A stretch of 45,205 bases of DNA from Dehalococcoidia bacterium (lineage in GTDB: Bacteria > Chloroflexota > Dehalococcoidia > Lucifugimonadales > UBA3495), in the NCBI GenBank assembly GCA_963694265.1, contig CAVODA010000001.1:1-45205 (forward strand), given 5' to 3'. Positions 1-7,166 of this stretch are shown here, piece after piece (the stretch's first letter is position 1; every line of letters begins with the position of its first letter). A model generated the notes under the pieces. It did no database searches. It was not told the origin of the DNA and was given only the letters and a program-made list of their open reading frames with translations. Position numbers and translations under genes: made by a program.

Positions 1-454
1 AATCCAGGGCAGATGAAACGTCCATCTTCTCGCGAAGCTTGCGGGCCAGAGCGGGGCTGGCACCGCCGGTGGAGATGGCCACGGTGACCGGGCCCTTTTC
101 CACGATGGACGGAGCGATGAACGAGCAACGAGGCATGTCGTCTACGGCGTTCAGCAGAATGCCCTGTTTCTCTGCTTCCTCGAAAATCTCTTGGTTGACC
201 ACAGTGTCATTGGTGGCGGCGACGACTAGGAACGCGCCCTGGAGGTCACCATCTTGGTACTTGCGGAGTTCGAACTCGATCTGGCCGCGCTCGGCGAAGC
301 CACAGATGCCCTGAGTGGCGTCTGGGCTGATCACGATGATCTTGGCACCTGAGTCGAGCAGTTTGGAAATTTTGCCTTCCGCGACTTGTCCGCCGCCAAT
401 GATGACGCACTTGCGTCCGGTCAAGTTTAGAAAAACGGGATAAAAAGTTGGCAT
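1..454 (-). CDS. Precorrin-2 dehydrogenase / sirohydrochlorin ferrochelatase (SirC / CysG N-terminal / Met8-like). The C-terminus runs off the window.
   Basis: My own minus-strand translation from the ATG at 454-452 reads MPTFYPVFLNLTGRKCVIIGGGQVAEGKISKLLDSGAKIIVISPD...VVAATNDTVVNQEIF...NAVDDMPRCSFIAPSIVEKGPVTVAISTGGASPALARKLREKM. It has the Rossmann GGGxxA motif and the ISTGGxSP motif typical of this family. The ORF track omits it because it is edge-truncated. Confidence 0.85.
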   Translation of the reverse strand, partial: MPTFYPVFLNLTGRKCVIIGGGQVAEGKISKLLDSGAKIIVISPDATQGICGFAERGQIEFELRKYQDGDLQGAFLVVAATNDTVVNQEIFEEAEKQGILLNAVDDMPRCSFIAPSIVEKGPVTVAISTGGASPALARKLREKMDVSSALD

Positions 455-595
455 AAGACCTCTGTAGTAGAAACCTGGCACCAGCTAGGTTTTTGGAATA
501 AGCCGTTATAACGATTGGAGTAGTACCGCTAGGTTTGCTGCGGTGAAACCATGGCGTTTACGCTAAAGAACCATGGCATCACCGGTGGTTTTGAA

Positions 596-1690
596 TCAAA
601 CCGTTATTACGGCGTCGGGCTTTTCCGCGTCTAGATATTCGTCATAGTCAGGCACAAAGTAGCGCACGCGAGTCTTCTTGTATTCCCGTGTGCTGTAGAG
701 CACCAAACGTTCGGTGATACCGGTGGCTTCGCTGATCTCATTGTTGATCTCTTCGCAGCCTTCTGGCGTGGTCGCATGGACCATGGTGAAATGGGTATAG
801 GGCCAGTCCGGGAAGGTTGGCCGCTCGTAACAGTGGGTTACGGCGTTGTGCGCGGCCATGGTTAGACCAACCTCTTCTGATCGGTCTTCCGGCACCTTCC
901 AGACAATCATCGCGTTGGCCTTGAAGCCGGAACGGCGATGGTGTAGCACGGCGCTATAACGGCGCATGATGCGGCGCTCTTGGAAGTCTTTGGCCAAGGC
1001 GAACAACTCCTCCGTGGAGATGCCCAGGTTTTTGGCGGTGTCGTCATAGGGGCGAGGGACCAGTTCCAGGTCTTCTTGCATCCCTCGTATGGCGTCTTTC
1101 TCAAAGTCAGTTACGGGCACAGCCTGGTTCCAGGAGTCTACTGCGCCCTTGTCAGCGGCGTTTTCGCCACCTGCTTTAGCATCGCCCTTATCAGCCTTCA
1201 CGTTGTCCGGGCTGAAGTTGAACGAGGAGCCCTTCTTGTTGACCATGTCAAAGTTGACACCAATCTTGAAGAAGCGTTTGGTCGGCATCAACCGTTGCTC
1301 CATAGAGCTGGTCTTGCGGGCCATGTACTCTGCGGTGGCGGCCAGGTCGTGTTCTGGTGGCACGGCCAGGGTGAACCATAGGTTGTAGTAGGAGCCTTCC
1401 CGGGCGTAGTTGTGGCTAACGCCGGGGTGTTTGTTAATCTCCATGGCTGCGTCATGCAACTGGTCCGGCTCGTAGGCCGCGGCCACCAGGGTGGTCTTGA
1501 ATCCCAGGCGGCGGGTGTCGAAGATCGCGCTAATCTGACGGAGCACATTGATCCGCTTCAATTCGGCTAATCGGTCAATAACTTCTTGTTCACTGACTCC
1601 AACCTCTTCACCCAGTTGTTGATACGGTTGGTCAACCATGGGGAAGGGCGATTGAATCAAGTTCAACAGCTTGCGATCGATGATGTCCAT
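596..1690 (-). CDS. Fused siroheme decarboxylase (AhbA/AhbB- or NirD/NirL-type; two Lrp/AsnC-like modules)
   Basis: 364-aa ORF with two homologous halves joined by a K/D/G-rich linker. The N-half reads DRKLLNLIQ...HPGVSHNYAR..YNLWFTL and the C-half reads ...HNAVTHCYERP...THFTMVH. An AGGAGG lies upstream of the ATG. The gene sits next to the SirC-like gene on the same strand. Confidence 0.8.
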   Translation of the reverse strand: MDIIDRKLLNLIQSPFPMVDQPYQQLGEEVGVSEQEVIDRLAELKRINVLRQISAIFDTRRLGFKTTLVAAAYEPDQLHDAAMEINKHPGVSHNYAREGSYYNLWFTLAVPPEHDLAATAEYMARKTSSMEQRLMPTKRFFKIGVNFDMVNKKGSSFNFSPDNVKADKGDAKAGGENAADKGAVDSWNQAVPVTDFEKDAIRGMQEDLELVPRPYDDTAKNLGISTEELFALAKDFQERRIMRRYSAVLHHRRSGFKANAMIVWKVPEDRSEEVGLTMAAHNAVTHCYERPTFPDWPYTHFTMVHATTPEGCEEINNEISEATGITERLVLYSTREYKKTRVRYFVPDYDEYLDAEKPDAVITV

Positions 1691-1805
1691 AGCTGTTCTT
1701 GGTCCTCCTGATGAGTTTGAATAAGTTCTCTAAGTTAATTCGCTATTTGGTGCTGCGTTGGTTCTATATCCCTTTGGATTGATTATGGGACTATGAAACG
1801 GGGTA

Positions 1806-2432
1806 TTAACCCATAGATTTGCTAGGTTCTTCATATGAATCCGCCATTCCAACCAGCACGCGGTCTGCGGCCTCAATAATCTTGGCCCAGGCACCTGGGT
1901 TGGTTGAGTCCAGGACCATGGTCCTGAAAAATACGAAGGCTTCGATAGCGTCTTTCAGGGTTACGCCCCTTTCAGACATCTCTGTGCCGTATTCGCGGCC
2001 CAAAAGGTGGGCCTCTTCTAGCAGTTCCAGTCGGCGACGGCGGGCCCCCGACTCCTGAAGTAGCAGGGAAAGCAGGCGGCGTCCAAAGAGCCGCATCCTA
2101 ACCTTGCCCTCTTCCTCCACACTCTGATACCAGGGTTGCTGGAGGACATCGTTCCGGCTGAGACGGCGGCGAATCTTACGGAGGGCCGAGCCTTCAATGG
2201 CGTCTTCCCGTCCGTGTTCCTGAGCCTGCTCGGGCGCATTGGCGAACGATTCCACATCCGTGCGGAGGAACCGTCGGTGACCACCGGGCGTTCGGTAAAC
2301 TCTCAGGTAGCCGTTGTCGGCCCACTGACGCAGTGTTGTGTTGCTGACATCAAGGATGCGGCAGGCGTCTCTAAGGGAAAGCCATTGAGACTTATCTACT
2401 ATTTGACTGTCAGCGGTCTGAATTTCTACCAA
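1806..2432 (-). CDS. MerR/excisionase-type (HTH_17) DNA-binding regulator with an uncharacterised helical C-terminal domain
   Basis: The N-terminus WLSLRDACRILDVSNTTLRQWADNGYLRVYRTPGGHRRF is a typical MerR-superfamily HTH. The annotated start is a TTG with no obvious SD, so the start is uncertain. Confidence 0.65.
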   Translation of the reverse strand: MVEIQTADSQIVDKSQWLSLRDACRILDVSNTTLRQWADNGYLRVYRTPGGHRRFLRTDVESFANAPEQAQEHGREDAIEGSALRKIRRRLSRNDVLQQPWYQSVEEEGKVRMRLFGRRLLSLLLQESGARRRRLELLEEAHLLGREYGTEMSERGVTLKDAIEAFVFFRTMVLDSTNPGAWAKIIEAADRVLVGMADSYEEPSKSMG

Positions 2433-2645
2433 AATTAATCAATCCGACGGGTTGTATTAAGGGGTTTTAGTCCCAAAAACCTATAAAAATCTGTAAGAAA
2501 CTGAGCTTTTAACTCATAATTTTATCAAAGTTAGCATACGGGTTTGCAACAGTCAATAACTCCCAAATCATGCTCAATAATAATGCTAAATACGTGCCTG
2601 AAATTCCCTTTATTAGACCAGTTATGTAATGCTATATCCAGGTCA
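2433..2645. promoter_or_regulatory. AT-rich divergent intergenic/promoter region between the HTH regulator (-) and pcm (+)
   Basis: This ~210-bp stretch is visibly much more AT-rich than the rest of the window and has several TATAAA/TATATC-like hexamers. I could not place the individual -35/-10 pairs confidently. Confidence 0.4.
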
Positions 2646-3311
2646 ATGTTGGAACGAGAACTGGACAAGAAGTTCATTTCCGACCGAAAAGAGTTGTTCT
2701 CCAATCTACGCCGCAAGATCAGGGAGATTCCCGTCCTGAGAGCTATGGAACGCGTACCCCGCGATGTTTTTGTTCCAATCAGTGAGCGGCCCCTCTCCTA
2801 CCGTGATATTCCTCTGGCCATCGGTGCCGGCCAAACGATTTCTCAGCCCTATATAGTTACCCTGATCACTGAGGCTCTTCGTCTCCAGCCCGACGACTGC
2901 GTCTTGGAAGTGGGCGGTGAACCTGGCTACCAAGCCGCTGTTCTGGCCGAGATGGTCCCTAAGGGCAATGTTGTGACCGTAGAATTGGTCCGGAGCCTGG
3001 CCCAACAAGCCCGGGAGACTCTGAGCGAGCTTGAGTACCGGAACATAGTTGTTGAAGACTATTACAATGAACTGGGCTGCTCCTGGCGCGGGCCTTATGA
3101 CGCCATTGTCGTCTCTGCTGCCATGCCGAGATTGTCCCCAACGCTCATTTGCCAACTGGCGGTTGGTGGCCGTATGGTTGCTCCGGTGGGTGACCTGGAG
3201 CGTCAAGAACTGGTCTGCATGCTGCGGACCGGTGAGGGAATTTCGATCCGGATGCTCGGTTCCTGTCGCTTTGTTCCCCTGCTCGGTGATGAGGCCTTTC
3301 CCTCTTCCTAA
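2646..3311 (+). CDS. pcm: Protein-L-isoaspartate O-methyltransferase
   Basis: Contains the motifs AMERVPRDVFVP, GAGQTISQPYIV, GPYDAIVVSAA and GGRMVAPVG. I chose the ATG at 2646 (221 aa, the usual Pcm length) over the ORF-track start at 2544, which lies in the AT-rich promoter region. SAM motif I is unusual; see the finding at 2901-2930. Confidence 0.85.
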   Translation: MLERELDKKFISDRKELFSNLRRKIREIPVLRAMERVPRDVFVPISERPLSYRDIPLAIGAGQTISQPYIVTLITEALRLQPDDCVLEVGGEPGYQAAVLAEMVPKGNVVTVELVRSLAQQARETLSELEYRNIVVEDYYNELGCSWRGPYDAIVVSAAMPRLSPTLICQLAVGGRMVAPVGDLERQELVCMLRTGEGISIRMLGSCRFVPLLGDEAFPSS

Positions 3312-3364
3312 CGGAACCCCTTCTCAGTAAACCTTGGCGCGGTTAAAGTAGCCAACTAATCATA

Positions 3365-4177
3365 TTGAAGCTAACCGCAGAACTCTCCGATTCACTGAAC
3401 CAAGCCGCCACGCTCATGTTGCGCTCAAAACATGTCGTTGCCCTGGCCGGGGCCGGGCTTTCGGTTGAGAGCGGAATCCCGCCGTTTCGTGGGCCAGGCG
3501 GACTTTGGACCAAGTATGGCGAGCCAACCAATCTTTCCTATCGGGAGTTCTTGCGTGACCCGCAGGAGTGGTGGGAAGCCCGGTTTCGCAATGAAGACCG
3601 CCCCGGAGACCCGACTTACGAGTTGAAAGTGGCTGTGGATCAGGCCCAACCCAATCCAGGGCACTACGCCATGGTTGAGATGGAGCAGCAGGGCTTTTTG
3701 CAGTACTTGGTTACGCAGAACGTAGATAACCTCCACCGGGTTGCGGGCAGCCAGAATATGTTGGAGATTCACGGCAACCGCACCTGGCTGCGGTGTATCG
3801 ATTGCGCCGACCGTCAGCCCAGGGATGGCTATCATTTTGACAGCCTGCCACCCAGGTGTATCAAGTGCGGCGGCATAATCAAGATTGACACCGTCATGTT
3901 TGGCGAGCCCATACCCGCAGATGTGCTACTGGCCTGCCGTGAACAGGCGGAGACGTGCGACTGCATGCTGTTGGTGGGCACCTCCGGCACGGTTAACCCG
4001 GCGGCCCGCCTGCCGATCGTCGCCAAGGAGTTGGGCGCAACGCTGATTGAGATCAACCCAGATGAGACTTCGCTCACGTCCTGGTGTGACATAACCCTAA
4101 ACGGCCCTTCCGGAGAGCTATTGCCATTACTGCTAAAACGGCTCCAGAATGGCGGCGTTGCCGAGCCTGGCAAGTGA
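3365..4177 (+). CDS. cobB: NAD-dependent protein deacylase, Sir2 family (CobB-type, with Zn ribbon)
   Basis: Contains the motifs GAGLSVESGIPPFRG, TQNVDNLH and EIHGN, plus the Zn-ribbon cysteines CIDC...CIKCGG. The start is a TTG and is uncertain by a few codons. Confidence 0.8.
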   Translation: MKLTAELSDSLNQAATLMLRSKHVVALAGAGLSVESGIPPFRGPGGLWTKYGEPTNLSYREFLRDPQEWWEARFRNEDRPGDPTYELKVAVDQAQPNPGHYAMVEMEQQGFLQYLVTQNVDNLHRVAGSQNMLEIHGNRTWLRCIDCADRQPRDGYHFDSLPPRCIKCGGIIKIDTVMFGEPIPADVLLACREQAETCDCMLLVGTSGTVNPAARLPIVAKELGATLIEINPDETSLTSWCDITLNGPSGELLPLLLKRLQNGGVAEPGK

Positions 4178-4184
4178 GCCTATA

Positions 4185-4193
4185 TGTTATAAT
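4185..4193 (+). promoter_or_regulatory. Candidate extended -10 promoter element (TGtTATAAT) upstream of the MscS gene
   Basis: The sequence tatatgTTATAAT has a perfect TATAAT at 4188-4193 preceded by TG at 4185-4186. There is no good -35. Confidence 0.35.
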
Positions 4194-4306
4194 TTCGACG
4201 CCGTAATCAGGCGCTAACTGTCGGATTATGCGGCGCATCCACGGTTAGAATTGACCCCCTTTGGCCGAGAACACAGTGCATTTAGCTTAAGTATTAGCCC
4301 CTTTTA

Positions 4307-5590
4307 ATGGAGCCCAACTTGATGGAACCCATATTAGCCCGTTTCGGACTGGGCGACCCGGAGTGGTTGGACCCCGCCACCGCCGCCGTCATCGTTGCAA
4401 TCGGTCTTGTGGTGGCATTTTTGTTCCACAAGTTACTCTTTCCCCTGATTATAAAATTTACCCAATTGACCCCCACTGACCTGGACTCCCGTTTGGTGAA
4501 GTCAGCCCGCTGGCCCCTCTCCTTGGGAATCGTGACGCTGGGAGTCTATCTGGGGCTGACCATTGGGTTGGACCTGACCGGCGGGCAGCAAGACCGGACC
4601 GACACCATTGCCAGCGCAGTTGGCGTTGTCATCGGCATATTGGTGGTGGTTGGGCTACTCTCCAGCGCCATCGATTGGTATCTTGCGTCGTTGGCCTCCC
4701 GTGCCAACCACATAGTGGACCTGCGACTCTTCCCGCTGATACGTCGAGTGGGCGGCGTGGTCATCTACGGCATCGGCGCGCTGCTGGTGTTGGATGTGAT
4801 GGACATCAACATTAGCCCCCTGATCGCCGGTCTTGGTCTGGGTGGTTTGGCTGTCGCCCTGGCAATTCAGCCGACTCTCGCCAACCTGTTCGCGGGTACC
4901 TACGTGATGACCGAGGGTGTTATAGCCACCGGAGACTACATTGAGCTTGAGAGCGGCATGGCCGGGTACGTGGTGGAGGTCGGTTGGCGGAGCACCCGCA
5001 TCCGCACCTGGGGCAACAACCTGGTGGTTGTGCCCAACGCCCGTTTCGCCGAGACGATCATCACCAACTACCAACAACCGGTTCCGGCGGTCAACGTCTA
5101 TGTGACCTGCGGTGTGAGTTATGACAGTGACCTGGACCACGTGGAAGACATCTGCCGAGAGGTGATGGACGACCTGGTGACGAATGACCAAAACGCAATC
5201 CGGTCCTACGGTTCTTGGTTTGCCTTTGACGCCTTTGGCGAGTCCAACGTGGATTTCTGGCTTTTCATGCAGGCCCGAGACCGCCTCGCCAGCTTCAACC
5301 TGCAATCGGCTTTGATTAAAAACCTGCATCGCCGTTTCAGAGAAGAAGACATCGTCATCAACTACCCGGTGCGCACTCTGCAGTTTCCAGACGGATTCAC
5401 CCCCGACATGGTTGGCGCAACTTCTACCGCAGCCAATTCTCCGGCAGCTCCGTCCCGCCCACCTCGCCACGCCCGACCTCCCGGAGAATTGCATCTAACT
5501 GAGGAAGGAGGCCCCGACATTGGCGGCGTCCCACCCGGCGGCGGAGAAAGCCCAATGGGGGGGGCGGATGGCCCCGACGGCCCCGGCTAG
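4307..5590 (+). CDS. Small-conductance mechanosensitive channel (MscS family) with a Pro/Gly-rich C-terminal tail
   Basis: The N-terminus has several hydrophobic TM segments. The conserved MscS core reads LGLGGLAVALAIQPTLANLFAG...GDYIEL...GYVVEVGWRSTRIRTWGNNLVVVPN. The tail reads GGPDIGGVPPGGGESPMGGADGPDGPG. Confidence 0.85.
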   Translation: MEPNLMEPILARFGLGDPEWLDPATAAVIVAIGLVVAFLFHKLLFPLIIKFTQLTPTDLDSRLVKSARWPLSLGIVTLGVYLGLTIGLDLTGGQQDRTDTIASAVGVVIGILVVVGLLSSAIDWYLASLASRANHIVDLRLFPLIRRVGGVVIYGIGALLVLDVMDINISPLIAGLGLGGLAVALAIQPTLANLFAGTYVMTEGVIATGDYIELESGMAGYVVEVGWRSTRIRTWGNNLVVVPNARFAETIITNYQQPVPAVNVYVTCGVSYDSDLDHVEDICREVMDDLVTNDQNAIRSYGSWFAFDAFGESNVDFWLFMQARDRLASFNLQSALIKNLHRRFREEDIVINYPVRTLQFPDGFTPDMVGATSTAANSPAAPSRPPRHARPPGELHLTEEGGPDIGGVPPGGGESPMGGADGPDGPG

Positions 5591-5594
5591 GCGG

Positions 5595-5613
5595 GCGGCG
5601 AAGCCGCGTTTTG
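5595..5613 (+). terminator. Weak candidate intrinsic terminator after the MscS gene
   Basis: GCGGC-GAA-GCCGC forms a 5-bp all-GC stem followed by GTTTTG. It is short, so confidence is low. Confidence 0.3.
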
Positions 5614-5636
5614 TCTGGGGGGGTGGCGGAGAAATT

Positions 5637-5668
5637 TTGGTTTCTTGGTTTCTTGGTTTCTTGGTTTT
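5637..5668. repeat. Tandem 8-mer repeat (TTGGTTTC x3 perfect, plus one 7/8 unit)
   Basis: Read directly: ttggtttc ttggtttc ttggtttc ttggtttt. It sits immediately upstream of the tRNA promoter -35. Confidence 0.9.
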
Positions 5669-5670
5669 GC

Positions 5671-5699
5671 TTGCCCGTGCCTCTGTCAGTCGCTATAAT
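5671..5699 (+). promoter_or_regulatory. Sigma-70-type promoter for tRNA-Ile (-35 TTGCCC, 17-bp spacer, -10 TATAAT)
   Basis: TTGCCC lies at 5671-5676 and a perfect TATAAT at 5694-5699. The tRNA starts about 34 nt downstream of the -10. Confidence 0.6.
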
Positions 5700-5732
5700 C
5701 CTGAAGTGGCTTTTGGCCATGACCCACAATGT

Positions 5733-5809
5733 GGGCCTGTAGCTCAGGCGGCTAGAGCGCGGTCCTGATAAGACCGAGGTCGTTGGTTCGAGTCCATCCA
5801 GGCCCACCA
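5733..5809 (+). tRNA. trnI-GAU: tRNA-Ile (anticodon GAU), CCA encoded
   Basis: Manual cloverleaf: acceptor GGGCCTG/CAGGCCC, D-arm GCTC..GAGC, anticodon stem CGGTC/GACCG with loop CTGATAA, T-arm GTTGG-TTCGAGT-CCATC (one U-U mismatch), discriminator A, then CCA. Confidence 0.9.
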
Positions 5810-5823
5810 TTATGTATAAAACT

Positions 5824-5851
5824 TTGCCCCAGCCATTTATGGCCGGGGCAA
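5824..5851 (+). terminator. Intrinsic terminator hairpin after tRNA-Ile
   Basis: TTGCCCCAGCC-ATTTAT-GGCCGGGGCAA (one mismatch) followed by TTTAAT. Confidence 0.6.
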
Positions 5852-5901
5852 TTTAATATCCAAGACCAAGGCTGGGACTAAGGGACGATGTGTGAGGGAA
5901 G

Positions 5902-7020
5902 ATGGATCTGAAACTATTTATACTGATGTTATTGGGGTCTTTGGTAGTCTTGATCGTTGCCTGCGGGGGCGGAAGCAAAGATGCTACCCCTGTTTTGCCC
6001 ACATCAACCCCATTCCCCATTCAGTCGACCCCGATTCCACCAGCGCCTACCACGGTCATCCCTTCCTACAACGTTAGCGGTGTGGTGCTCGACAGCAGCA
6101 CCAGCTTTTTAGAAGGCGGGACGCTGACGTTGGAACCTTCCGGTAGAACAATAAACATCGATCCTCTGGGGGCGTTTCTACTTACCAACGTGCCTGACGG
6201 CGATTACACGGTTACTGTCACGCCCCAATGTGTTGCCTACGGTTGTTTTCAGAACAGTGTGTTGGTTGTAGCGGGCGGTGACGTCTTGGACTTCAACCTG
6301 GCCCCCTTGCCGGCCGCCGTGCTGCAAAGCGGGCCTCCAATGGCCTGGTACTACTCAATGACCAGCAGCCGTTTTTTAGTGCTGGATGAAATCGAATTTG
6401 CAGCGACCAGCCTGGTGCTGGTTGGGCAAAACGATATGCAAGCTGGTGAGACATTCAGAATGGTGCTTGCCGGTCCGTCTTGCCTTCGGTGTGCCGAATT
6501 GTTGGAGGTTGTAACCCCCGTGGAGTGGTCGGTCAGTCCGCCCATAGACGCCAGCATTGAGCCAGAAACAGGTCTAGTGACCATCAGTGATGATGCGCAG
6601 GTGGGCTCGAAGTTCACAGTAACCGCCGACGTTGGTGCGTTTGTGATCTCCAAGACCGTGACGGTCTACTCAGCGGACGAGAGCCCAATGGTTGGTGTTT
6701 GGACTGAGTTGGACACCGGCAACGTCAACCGCCTGCTGCTTACGTCTGATGGCGAGTTTGCTGTGACCATCAACCCCTATGGCCACTACCAAGACTACTG
6801 GGGCTTCTACACATTTGAAGTGACCGCCGGTGACTTGGCCATCGGAGACATTGAACTAACTGCAGACGGTGCCAACCAGGTGGCACCAGATGGACAGGGT
6901 ACCGGCACATTTTCAATCAACGCCGAGGGCAATCTGGTCCTGGAGAGCATCTGCCTAGGCCAGTGGGACCCGCCAACCCAATCTCTGATTAAGAACTGCG
7001 AGCATACTTTCACCAAATAG
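5902..7020 (+). CDS. Secreted lipoprotein with a carboxypeptidase-regulatory-like beta-sandwich segment; function unknown
   Basis: The signal peptide MDLKLFILMLLGSLVVLIVAC has a lipobox (IVAC) and is followed by GGGS. The segment VSGVVLD...TNVPDGDYTVTVTP resembles a CarboxypepD_reg domain. An SD (GAGGGAAG) precedes the ATG. Confidence 0.7.
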   Translation: MDLKLFILMLLGSLVVLIVACGGGSKDATPVLPTSTPFPIQSTPIPPAPTTVIPSYNVSGVVLDSSTSFLEGGTLTLEPSGRTINIDPLGAFLLTNVPDGDYTVTVTPQCVAYGCFQNSVLVVAGGDVLDFNLAPLPAAVLQSGPPMAWYYSMTSSRFLVLDEIEFAATSLVLVGQNDMQAGETFRMVLAGPSCLRCAELLEVVTPVEWSVSPPIDASIEPETGLVTISDDAQVGSKFTVTADVGAFVISKTVTVYSADESPMVGVWTELDTGNVNRLLLTSDGEFAVTINPYGHYQDYWGFYTFEVTAGDLAIGDIELTADGANQVAPDGQGTGTFSINAEGNLVLESICLGQWDPPTQSLIKNCEHTFTK

Positions 7021-7166
7021 TCTCCTTTCCGTAACCCCACGCTACGTGTAAATGCTGAAAAGTCCGACCTGTTCGTATCCCACTACGATATGGTAATGTT
7101 TCGTATCGTTTGCGGTTGTGCCTCCAACTAAGACCAAGTACTCAGCCGGATTTGAGAGGGATTTTT

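Noticed and set aside
1691-1712. A shared 12-mer, AGGACCAAGAAC, immediately upstream of the start codons of both the siroheme decarboxylase (1690) and hyuB (10597)
   Set aside because: Exact 12-mer matches are expected by chance many times in 45 kb when both strands are counted, and the motif partly overlaps an SD-like AGGA. With only two occurrences it is not evidence of a shared regulatory element.
3365-4177. A SIR2-domain protein acting as an anti-phage defence effector (Thoeris ThsA / DSR / SIR2-HerA type)
   Set aside because: It is a compact CobB-type sirtuin with the catalytic GAGxS, QNxD and HG motifs and a four-Cys Zn ribbon. It has no extra sensor or effector domains or partner genes, and it sits among housekeeping genes (pcm, mscS).
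4655-5494. Long antisense or overlapping ORFs, for example 4655-5494(-), 980-1381(+), 22008-22511(+), 22549-22986(-), 23343-23837(-), 30127-30729(+), 37032-37541(+), 41242-41745(-) and 42189-42617(-)
   Set aside because: Each lies opposite a gene with clear family motifs. Their compositions are Arg/Pro/Gly/Ser-rich, as expected for shadow ORFs in GC-rich DNA. They lack SD sequences and recognisable domains.
5424-5810. A 128-aa minus-strand ORF overlapping tRNA-Ile
   Set aside because: It overlaps a well-folded tRNA and its promoter, and its sequence is Arg/Pro/Gly-rich. It is spurious.
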